DNA from: a virus
Taxonomy: Duplodnaviria; Caudoviricetes
IMG/VR virus record: IMGVR_UViG_3300037510_000187
Span: 1-24,025 of that record
DNA: 24,025 bases
Strand: one strand, 5' to 3'
The notes under the pieces were generated by a model. That model ran no database searches and was not told the DNA's origin. It worked only from the letters and a program-made list of their open reading frames with translations. Shown piece by piece: positions 15,129-21,897 of this stretch (position 1 is the stretch's first letter; each line of letters begins with the position of its first letter). The position numbers and the translations under genes were made by a program.

Positions 15129-15568
15129 AGGGGTTCATTCGTAAAACGTTGACGGGCTGGGTTCCTGCTGACGAGCAGGCCAGGCACATCCACCAGCGCG
15201 AGAAGCTCAATCAGATCTATCGCGCCGACATCGTGCAGCCACGCAACTACCGGCATCACTGTCTGTTCATGGCATTGCTGGATCTCACTTTCGCCAATCA
15301 GTCGAAATATGTCGACGACTGGGCTTTTCGAACTGCCGTTGCGCTTGAGGCCGGCCACGTTCGTCAGTTTGTAACTTTAGACGGTGAGATCCAGCTCGTG
15401 CCGCTTCGGTACAGCTACGACGACATTCCAGATGAGCAGGATTTCGGGAGGGCGTTCGGTGCGGCTATGACGGTGTGTGCCCGGATTCTGCGGATGAATG
15501 ATCTGGATGAGCTTGAGGCGGAAGTCTCTCGCTACGCCGACGAGCACTACGGGCGGGCCGCTGCATGA
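15125..15568 (+). CDS. DUF1367-like protein
   Basis: G.VPAD.......K....Y...I.QPRN..HH..F.ALL...F.NQ.......R......AGH. Confidence 0.75.
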   Translation: MKGFIRKTLTGWVPADEQARHIHQREKLNQIYRADIVQPRNYRHHCLFMALLDLTFANQSKYVDDWAFRTAVALEAGHVRQFVTLDGEIQLVPLRYSYDDIPDEQDFGRAFGAAMTVCARILRMNDLDELEAEVSRYADEHYGRAAA

Positions 15569-15864
15569 ACCTGCGCAAGCTCGCCGAGCACCAGAGTTGC
15601 TACCTGCGGTTGTGGCCGCATTGCCGTGTCGAGCCGGGCAATGTGGTGCTTGCTCACATCCGCCGGGGCGGGACAGCGGGAGGCGCTCAGAAGCCGGAGG
15701 ACATCAATGGCGTGCCCGCCTGCTACTACTGCCACAAGATCTATGACGGCGAGAAGCAGGATTCATACACCCGTGAGCAGCTGGACGCCGAAATGCTCCG
15801 CGCTCATTGCCAGTGGCTCGATTTCTTGTGGAAGGAAGAGCTAATCATTTTGGTGGCCGCATGA
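15565..15864 (+). CDS. DUF1364 / YbcO-like putative HNH-type nuclease
   Basis: LRKLA..Q.C.LR....C......VVLAH.R....G...KP.D......C..CH...DG. Confidence 0.85.
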   Translation: MNLRKLAEHQSCYLRLWPHCRVEPGNVVLAHIRRGGTAGGAQKPEDINGVPACYYCHKIYDGEKQDSYTREQLDAEMLRAHCQWLDFLWKEELIILVAA

Positions 15865-16145
15865 CAGAGCAACGCACACCCGATGATCGGATGCCAGAAC
15901 GCCTTACGTTCGTGCTTGGCTCTGGTGAGTCCGCCACCGTGGACAAGGCCACCACAGTTCGCTGGCTAAAGCATTTGTTCGAGTTCTACAACGGCGAAGA
16001 AAAGGATTGGCACGACAAGACATATAACGGTGAGCGAACGCCTGGCGGCTTCAATCAAGGTTACGAGAACGAATGGATGCGCTATCGACAAGAAGCTGCA
16101 TCACTCGCCTTTGCTATCCAGGTTATCTCCGGGGAGGCACCATGA
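15861..16145 (+). CDS. Hypothetical phage protein
   Basis: ATGA-coupled; start 15861. Confidence 0.7.
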   Translation: MTEQRTPDDRMPERLTFVLGSGESATVDKATTVRWLKHLFEFYNGEEKDWHDKTYNGERTPGGFNQGYENEWMRYRQEAASLAFAIQVISGEAP

Positions 16146-16372
16146 CCGCAGAGCAAGTCCCTTCTGATGCGCGAATTGAGCTGACGCCGTCCGAGTTCTT
16201 AGTGCTGGTGAAACTGCCAGGCGCACTGCGCGCGCTCGCTGATTGGCACGATGAGCAGGAGTCTGAAGCCGGCAGCATGGGCTTCACTGGCTCTGAGAAG
16301 TATCACCAAGAGCGTCGCCTCCTTCTACACAACGAGGCCGATCGCATCGAAAAGGAATGGGAAAATGGCTGA
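16142..16372 (+). CDS. Hypothetical phage protein
   Basis: GGAGG RBS; ATGA overlap; starts MTAEQVPSD. Confidence 0.7.
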   Translation: MTAEQVPSDARIELTPSEFLVLVKLPGALRALADWHDEQESEAGSMGFTGSEKYHQERRLLLHNEADRIEKEWENG

Positions 16373-16685
16373 CCAACTTCCCTCGGACCAGAAGCTCACT
16401 GACGGCGCGCTCGACGCGCTCATTGAGAATATCCACGGCTACGTTGATGCCGGATCGTTGCTTCATTGGCAGGTCACGACCTGCTTGCGTGAACTGAAGC
16501 AAATGCGCGCGGACTGGGCCGCCATCGATAAGGCCGCCGAAGAGTTGTCCGAGTCAGAGCGCTACCCGCATTGGACATGCAAAACACATGGCGACTTCGA
16601 CGCGCGTGTCGCCGTTGGCTGCCCCGAGTGTGTGCGACATATGCGCAGTGAGCTGCAAGAGTTGATGGCAAGGGGCGACAGATGA
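16365..16685 (+). CDS. Hypothetical protein with C-terminal CxxH..CxxC module
   Basis: Starts MADQLPSD; WTCKTHG...GCPEC. Confidence 0.7.
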   Translation: MADQLPSDQKLTDGALDALIENIHGYVDAGSLLHWQVTTCLRELKQMRADWAAIDKAAEELSESERYPHWTCKTHGDFDARVAVGCPECVRHMRSELQELMARGDR

Positions 16686-16891
16686 ACAACCCTATCCCGC
16701 TCTCCAAAGATACGAAAGTCTATCGAGTCGACTGGCGCAACAAGCGAACCGGATTCGAGCACTTCGATACCGTCGATGCGACGGACGTCGAAGACGCGAT
16801 CCGCAAGACCAGGAGCGTCATCAGACGCCAGCAGCGTGGCGTCGCCGAGGTTGATGTTCAGTTCACCTATGTTGGAGTGTTCTGCTCGTGA
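16682..16891 (+). CDS. Hypothetical phage protein
   Basis: 4-nt overlaps at both ends. Confidence 0.7.
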   Translation: MNNPIPLSKDTKVYRVDWRNKRTGFEHFDTVDATDVEDAIRKTRSVIRRQQRGVAEVDVQFTYVGVFCS

Positions 16892-17175
16892 CAAATACGT
16901 TGAGTAGGCGTAGCGCCCAAGTCGCTCGCGAGAAGGCAGCTGCCGCTGCGGAAGCAGTCAAGCATTTGCATGACGACTGGACAATGACCGTCTGCGATGC
17001 GTGCCTCTGTGTTTCGTGCTGGCACGGCCACCTCTACTGCGAGAATGCCAAGACGGCTGGCCTGAAAGAAATCACCATCGGTGAAGCGCGCAAGCTAGAT
17101 CGAGAACACCCGTCGTACTGGACAAAAGACGAATCAATCGCACGCCGGTTGTTGGCCGCTGGAGTTTACGCATGA
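16888..17175 (+). CDS. Cys-rich hypothetical phage protein
   Basis: VCDACLCVSCWHG..YC..AK.AG...L.REHP.YW. Confidence 0.75.
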   Translation: MTNTLSRRSAQVAREKAAAAAEAVKHLHDDWTMTVCDACLCVSCWHGHLYCENAKTAGLKEITIGEARKLDREHPSYWTKDESIARRLLAAGVYA

Positions 17176-17816
17176 TCGAGCAAGTGCCATCGAAAGAGCG
17201 GGTGCAGCAGTTGTATGGCCGCTTCACGACAACGTCGCTGATCTTCACGCGATCCCATACTTCCGAGTTGTTCCGGATCATCGAAACCCTGTATGAGCAC
17301 ATAGAGCGATGTCAGCAAGCCGCCGTTGAGAGAGCCGCTCCCGAACCGTGCCCGCTTCCGCCGCCACCATATCCAGGCGACGAGCAGGCCGTCAGGGACG
17401 CCGGCGTGCAGCTGCCTGCCTGTCTTTGCGATAGAGGCCAAGACGATCCGCACAGTGACGGGTGTCAGCTGTGGGCGGCTGTGCTCGCGGCCCGACAGCA
17501 ATGGCATGACAAGCACGTCGCCGCGTGGTCGTGTTCGTTGGAGGCTCAAGGCCGTATCCGATGCGCGCATTGGTGCGGCACCTGTGTCGCAGTGGGGACA
17601 GACCGGAGAGCCGCGCAACCGCCAGTCCCTGATGATGCACGCGACGCTGCGCGCTATCGTCGCCTGCAGATCCTAGGGTGTGCGCCGTCGGGCAGTACCG
17701 AACTCAAGCTCGGTCTTCTCATGCGCTTCACCAATCTGGATGCCTTCGTGGACGCTGATATCAAAGCCCATCCGTCGCGCGGCGAGTGCTCAACAGAAAC
17801 GAAGGGAGAAGGCTGA
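17172..17816 (+). CDS. Modular phage accessory protein (Ead/Ea22-like mosaic)
   Basis: MIEQVPSK start; RAAPEP and RAAQPP linkers; DAARYR.L...LDAFVDA module. Confidence 0.75.
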   Translation: MIEQVPSKERVQQLYGRFTTTSLIFTRSHTSELFRIIETLYEHIERCQQAAVERAAPEPCPLPPPPYPGDEQAVRDAGVQLPACLCDRGQDDPHSDGCQLWAAVLAARQQWHDKHVAAWSCSLEAQGRIRCAHWCGTCVAVGTDRRAAQPPVPDDARDAARYRRLQILGCAPSGSTELKLGLLMRFTNLDAFVDADIKAHPSRGECSTETKGEG

Positions 17817-18049
17817 TGAGCCAGGACGCGCTTATGTTTTTTGATCCCGCGACCGGCGACTCTCATCCGTTCCCGTCGCACGCCGAACAATACCGTAAGC
17901 ACTGCGGCAAAGTCGCATGGCTGTTCAATCCCTGGACAGGAGCGCGTCGCGATGCCAGGGACGTAGGTTCGGATACCTTCGGGCTGTTGATTCAACCACC
18001 GGGCGAACCGATTCGAACCTCGCAGGGAGAGAGATCAGATGATCGGTGA
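17816..18049 (+). CDS. Conserved phage hypothetical domain
   Basis: FFDPATG...P.PSHA.QYR...G.VAWLFNPWTG.RR.A.DVGSD.FG.LI. Confidence 0.75.
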   Translation: MSQDALMFFDPATGDSHPFPSHAEQYRKHCGKVAWLFNPWTGARRDARDVGSDTFGLLIQPPGEPIRTSQGERSDDR

Positions 18050-18185
18050 TGCAATTGCATGGGCAATGACTCGGTTCCTTGTCGCTCTAACGGTCGTGAG
18101 CTTCTCACTCGGCGCTCTCGCGGTGTGGGGACTGCCGAAGCTGTGGGCGATCCTCAAGCCTTGGATTCATCAGGTGACCGCATGA
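18039..18185 (+). CDS. 48-aa membrane peptide
   Basis: Not in the track; GGGAGAG RBS; MIGDAIAWAMTRFLVALTVVSFSLGALAVWGLPKLWAILKPWIHQVTA*. Confidence 0.7.
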   Translation: MIGDAIAWAMTRFLVALTVVSFSLGALAVWGLPKLWAILKPWIHQVTA

Positions 18186-18556
18186 AAGGCGACCGCTGGA
18201 CCCCAGCCAATAAGCGGGCCGCCGCGGGATTCAGTCGCTACATACGCCGCTTCCCTTCGTACACGTCCGCGCAGCGACAGACAGCCGAGGCCGCATTCCT
18301 CAGCGGCTTTCGCTCCGGCGTAGTGTTCGTCGAGCAGCAGTACCGAGACATCATTCGAGGCGGCAGACCCGCTCAGGAAACGAGAGCATGCCCGGCCGAT
18401 CTGGTGGGCGCCCTGCAAGATCGAGTACACGAGGACGCCGGACCTGTTCGGGCCGGGCGGTCCGTGAAGGAAACGCGAGCTGGTGATAGATGCGAGCAGT
18501 GCGGTGTCGCCGAGGGCGAGATCCACTACGCATCGTGCCCGTATGGTCAACGCTGA
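18182..18556 (+). CDS. Modular hypothetical protein with C-terminal CxxC..H..C
   Basis: ATGA overlap at 18182; ETRA linker occurs twice. Confidence 0.65.
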   Translation: MKGDRWTPANKRAAAGFSRYIRRFPSYTSAQRQTAEAAFLSGFRSGVVFVEQQYRDIIRGGRPAQETRACPADLVGALQDRVHEDAGPVRAGRSVKETRAGDRCEQCGVAEGEIHYASCPYGQR

Positions 18557-18800
18557 ACCGGAGAGAAAGTCTGTGAAAGGCTGGAGATTGGACCGCGTCG
18601 CAGGCGCAGTTGACTACTGCCCCCGTTGCAATGGAGATGGGTTTCACTGGCGAAGCGGCAACGACTGCCGTCAGTGCGGGGGCACGGGAAACGTCCGCGC
18701 AGCCCCATTCGTAAAGCCAGTGCAGTTGTCTGTCGTCCCCGAACAGGGAAGCTTGCTGGACGAACGCAGCACTGAGAGAACCATCCCGGAGCAGCCATGA
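18543..18800 (+). CDS. DnaJ-type zinc-finger microprotein
   Basis: CPRCNGDG and CRQCGGTG (two CxxCxGxG repeats). Confidence 0.7.
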   Translation: MVNAEPERKSVKGWRLDRVAGAVDYCPRCNGDGFHWRSGNDCRQCGGTGNVRAAPFVKPVQLSVVPEQGSLLDERSTERTIPEQP

Positions 18801-18985
18801 GCGACTGTCAAACTTGTCCGGTAGAGAAGCAGTGCCAGTACCCGTTCAAGCCGACCGAATGCGTTGGTCAACGGAAGTTTTGGACGTCAGAGCGTCGGCA
18901 GGCATACGAAGACGCACTGGTGATCGAGCGTGCAGAAAGCGACCGTGCCAAGCGAGCTTCGCAGCGTCGAGGAGATAGTCCGTGA
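18797..18985 (+). CDS. Small Cys-rich hypothetical protein
   Basis: CQTC.....C.......C; 4-nt overlaps at both ends. Confidence 0.65.
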   Translation: MSDCQTCPVEKQCQYPFKPTECVGQRKFWTSERRQAYEDALVIERAESDRAKRASQRRGDSP

Positions 18986-19224
18986 ACGTTTACATGCAGC
19001 GATTCTTTTCGATTTGTCCGAAGACCAATGCTCGTGTCGAGTACAAGCTCACGATCGAGTCTCAAGAGATGATCATGGTCGAAGACATACAGACAGCGGT
19101 CGCCACTTTCGAAGTCGGCGACTATCACGAAGCGATAGCGGACGAGCTGCACTCGAAATTCGGCGGCACCCAAACGCTAGACGCGCATCACCACGGCACG
19201 GACGTGAGGACGCTACGCCCGTGA
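18982..19224 (+). CDS. Minimal QueF-like T-fold protein
   Basis: FFSICPKT resembles QueF FTSLCPKT (catalytic Cys); YHEAIADEL resembles QueF FHE; GTGA-coupled to the TGT-like gene. Confidence 0.7.
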   Translation: MNVYMQRFFSICPKTNARVEYKLTIESQEMIMVEDIQTAVATFEVGDYHEAIADELHSKFGGTQTLDAHHHGTDVRTLRP

Positions 19225-19961
19225 AATGCTTCCACGGCACCCCCATTGGCGGCTCTCGTCAGGACGTTGCGAGATTCCTGACAGGCCGCGATGCGCTGGT
19301 GCCGTTTGCGCGTCCCGACGATTTGCCCATTGTAATGGAGGTTGCACGGTCGTTTATTTTCGACTGCTCGTCGTACTCCATCTGGCAGTCTGGTGAAGGC
19401 GAGGTCGACTACGATGCATACGTCGCGTGGTGCCAGGCCTACTCTCGCCACCCCGGATTCGAATGGGCAATCATTCCGGACATCATTGATGGATCCGAGG
19501 AACAAAACTATCGCTGGGTGCGCGACTGGCTGCGATGGGGGCACGGCGTTCGTGGTGTGCCAGTGTGGCATATGCATGAGTCGCTTGAGTACCTCAAATG
19601 GCTCGTCAGCCATTTTGACGTCGTCGCGTTAGGGAGCTCCGGACAGTGGGCGACACCTGGCACACCCACATGGTGGATCCGCATGGGTGAGGCCATGGAT
19701 GTGATCTGTGATGAGCACGGGCGCCCTCGGTGCAAATTGCATGGACTGCGGATGTTAGACCCGCAGATATTCACACGATTGCCGCTCGCGAGCGGAGACA
19801 GCACGAACGCAGCCGTCAACTGCGGCAGCCTGTCCAGGTTCGGTAGCTATGTCCCGCCGACCGCAGCTCAGCGCGCGGCTGTCATCGCAGATCGAATCGA
19901 ATCACAAAACAGTGCGCACATCTGGGAACGACAAATGGCCCAGCAGGCGCTAATCGCATAG
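19221..19961 (+). CDS. dpdA: DpdA-like / queuine tRNA-ribosyltransferase-fold (TGT) base-exchange enzyme
   Basis: HGTP...FIFDCSSYS.W...IIPDIIDG....N...VPVWHMHE...VALGSSG...KLHGLRML...ASGDST; GTG start at 19221. Confidence 0.75.
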   Translation: MKCFHGTPIGGSRQDVARFLTGRDALVPFARPDDLPIVMEVARSFIFDCSSYSIWQSGEGEVDYDAYVAWCQAYSRHPGFEWAIIPDIIDGSEEQNYRWVRDWLRWGHGVRGVPVWHMHESLEYLKWLVSHFDVVALGSSGQWATPGTPTWWIRMGEAMDVICDEHGRPRCKLHGLRMLDPQIFTRLPLASGDSTNAAVNCGSLSRFGSYVPPTAAQRAAVIADRIESQNSAHIWERQMAQQALIA

Positions 19962-19982
19962 TTGAGGATTCCCGGAGTACCT

Positions 19983-20318
19983 ATGGGTTGGGAAATTGGA
20001 TATGACGGCAACTGGAAACGAGACATCGGCTATGGCGTGCCAGCGTACTGCGACCACCCGGAATGTAACGAGGAAATCGACCGCGGCCTTGGATACATTT
20101 GCTCGCACGGTCGCGTATTCGGAGGCGATGGCTGCGGCTTATTTTTCTGTGAAAAGCACCGTGGCCCTAACGACAGGTGCGAGCGCTGCGCACAGGGCAA
20201 GGAGCCTTTCGACGCGAAACCGGACCACCCTCGTTGGATTGAGTGGAAACTGACCGACGAGAGTTGGCAGCAGTGGCGAGATGAAAATCCGGCCGAAGTC
20301 GAAAAGCTTCGGTCATAG
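19983..20318 (+). CDS. Conserved phage Zn-binding protein
   Basis: MGW.IGYD..W.RDIGYGVPA.CDHP.C..EIDRGL.Y.C...GCGLFFC..H; GGAG RBS. Confidence 0.85.
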   Translation: MGWEIGYDGNWKRDIGYGVPAYCDHPECNEEIDRGLGYICSHGRVFGGDGCGLFFCEKHRGPNDRCERCAQGKEPFDAKPDHPRWIEWKLTDESWQQWRDENPAEVEKLRS

Positions 20319-20332
20319 TTGAGACCCTGAGT

Positions 20333-20680
20333 ATGCAAAAGCATTTAGCAGCACCTGAACATATCTACGACAGCCCAGATCCTGATGATCGCAGGACGCT
20401 GACGGAGATATATCTCGCCTCCGAGGTCGACGCCGTGCTGAAGCGCCAAGCCGCAGCGGCCGTAGCCGGCATGAACGCAGCGACTGCGATTTCGCGCGGC
20501 CAAGTACAGCAGGCTCACCGACTGCGTGCCGAATCGAATCCCGAAGCGCTGGAGAGCGAGCGGCAGGCGAACGCGATTCTGACTGAGCGCATCGCCGAGC
20601 TGGAGCGGGAAGTACGCGAACTGGTCCTAGCAAACACGGCGCTGAAGGCCGAGCTTGACTACTACCACGATGAAGGCTGA
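20333..20680 (+). CDS. Coiled-coil hypothetical protein
   Basis: LESERQANAILTERIAELE heptads. Confidence 0.75.
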   Translation: MQKHLAAPEHIYDSPDPDDRRTLTEIYLASEVDAVLKRQAAAAVAGMNAATAISRGQVQQAHRLRAESNPEALESERQANAILTERIAELEREVRELVLANTALKAELDYYHDEG

Positions 20681-20708
20681 TCACATTCCTAATGGAGAGC
20701 GTGACGAA

Positions 20709-20924
20709 ATGATTCCAGAGCAAACATTCCATTGCCCGCACTGCGGAGCCCCTGGGTTGGTTAGATTCTCGCAGGCAGAGTATTCCTGCACCTGCCGCCT
20801 GACGAGAAACGTGTACACGCCGGTGGAAGCGTGGCCGAGGTGCCCCAACTGCGAGCAGCCAATCTACTTCGGACATTCCTGCAACGTCGTCACAAGCACA
20901 TCGCAGGGCAAGCGCGATGAGTAG
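20709..20924 (+). CDS. Double Zn-ribbon microprotein
   Basis: CPHC..CTC..CPNC..H.C; GGAGAG before ATG 20709 (ATG 20670 is an alternative start). Confidence 0.65.
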   Translation: MIPEQTFHCPHCGAPGLVRFSQAEYSCTCRLTRNVYTPVEAWPRCPNCEQPIYFGHSCNVVTSTSQGKRDE

Positions 20925-21120
20925 GCATGAGAAGTGGATGACGTGGTTTGAGGGTGGCGACGACGAGCCGAGAGTCGTCAAGGGCGTTTTTATCGTGCAT
21001 CAAGCATCCGACTACGCTCTTGAGCTCAAGCCGAACGGTTTAGATGAGCGAGATCGGCGCGAATGGTGTGAACGCTTGTGCGAAGTACTGAATGCAGCCC
21101 GCCGCGGTGGCGCTCTCTGA
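20917..21120 (+). CDS. Hypothetical protein
   Basis: Overlap-coupled small ORF in the operon. Confidence 0.65.
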   Translation: MSRHEKWMTWFEGGDDEPRVVKGVFIVHQASDYALELKPNGLDERDRREWCERLCEVLNAARRGGAL

Positions 21121-21357
21121 GTGACGGACCTGACTATGCGCATCAAACCATGGCAAGCAATTCCAGATCGATGGTTCGTTGCCGGCACACTTGAATGTGC
21201 GGACGGCGAATATCACTTCGCATGCCTTCGTCTGCCGTCATATCGCTGGGGATTGGACCTGTACCATCAGAAGAACCGCTGGCTACAGCTCGCGGTCTTC
21301 CACCACGGCCGCGACGGCTTTTCGATCAACTGGCTGCCCTGCAGAGAGCAGGACTGA
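21121..21357 (+). CDS. Hypothetical protein
   Basis: Abuts the previous stop; exact start uncertain. Confidence 0.55.
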   Translation: MTDLTMRIKPWQAIPDRWFVAGTLECADGEYHFACLRLPSYRWGLDLYHQKNRWLQLAVFHHGRDGFSINWLPCREQD

Positions 21358-21376
21358 ATTGCTGACTGGAGTATCT

Positions 21377-21703
21377 ATGAACTTGAAATGGCTTGCTCAA
21401 TCGACAATCTATCGTGACAGCATCGACCTAGTTGCGGTGATTCGTCACGGCGATGGAAGCTTGGATGTGGCGCAGCCCGTCAATCTGATGCTGAGCCATC
21501 AAGAGCCGAATACGGTTATCGGCGAGCCGACGCTTACGCTCGCGCCTGATTCAGCACGAAGCCTCTTGCAGGCGCTCTGGGACGCTGGCATCCGACCAAC
21601 TGATTGGAGCAATCCTGTTGGGGAGATCAACGCGCTGCGTAGTCACGTCGGCTTCGCCGAGCACGTCGCCAAGTCGTTGCTGCCGCGAGCAACTTCTACC
21701 TAG
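21377..21703 (+). CDS. Conserved phage hypothetical protein
   Basis: GGAG RBS; PTLTL....A.SLLQALWDAGIRP....GEI.A...H pattern. Confidence 0.8.
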   Translation: MNLKWLAQSTIYRDSIDLVAVIRHGDGSLDVAQPVNLMLSHQEPNTVIGEPTLTLAPDSARSLLQALWDAGIRPTDWSNPVGEINALRSHVGFAEHVAKSLLPRATST

Positions 21704-21711
21704 AGAGTTCG

Positions 21712-21897
21712 ATGAAACCGGCGAAGATCACATTGGAGGAATGGGCGCAGCGGCACTATCAGCCGCCGCCGAACCTGGATACGCTCCGCCGATGGGCGCG
21801 GGATCTGAAGATTTTCCCGTTTCCTCAGAAGGTCGGCCGCACATACTATGTCGAGCCCGACGCCGAATACCGGGACCATCGGCAACATGGCACCTAG
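21712..21897 (+). CDS. xis: Excisionase, lambda Xis family
   Basis: TLEEW...PP..DTLRRWAR...IFP.P.KVGR.Y aligns with lambda Xis TLQEW..ETVRRWVR..IFPPPVKDGREY; overlaps the int start. Confidence 0.92.
   Translation: MKPAKITLEEWAQRHYQPPPNLDTLRRWARDLKIFPFPQKVGRTYYVEPDAEYRDHRQHGT

Noticed and set aside
18930-19220. 97-aa N-terminal extension of the DpdA-like ORF
   Set aside because: Out-of-frame overlap with the QueF-like gene; the family motif begins at GTG 19221, coupled to the upstream stop
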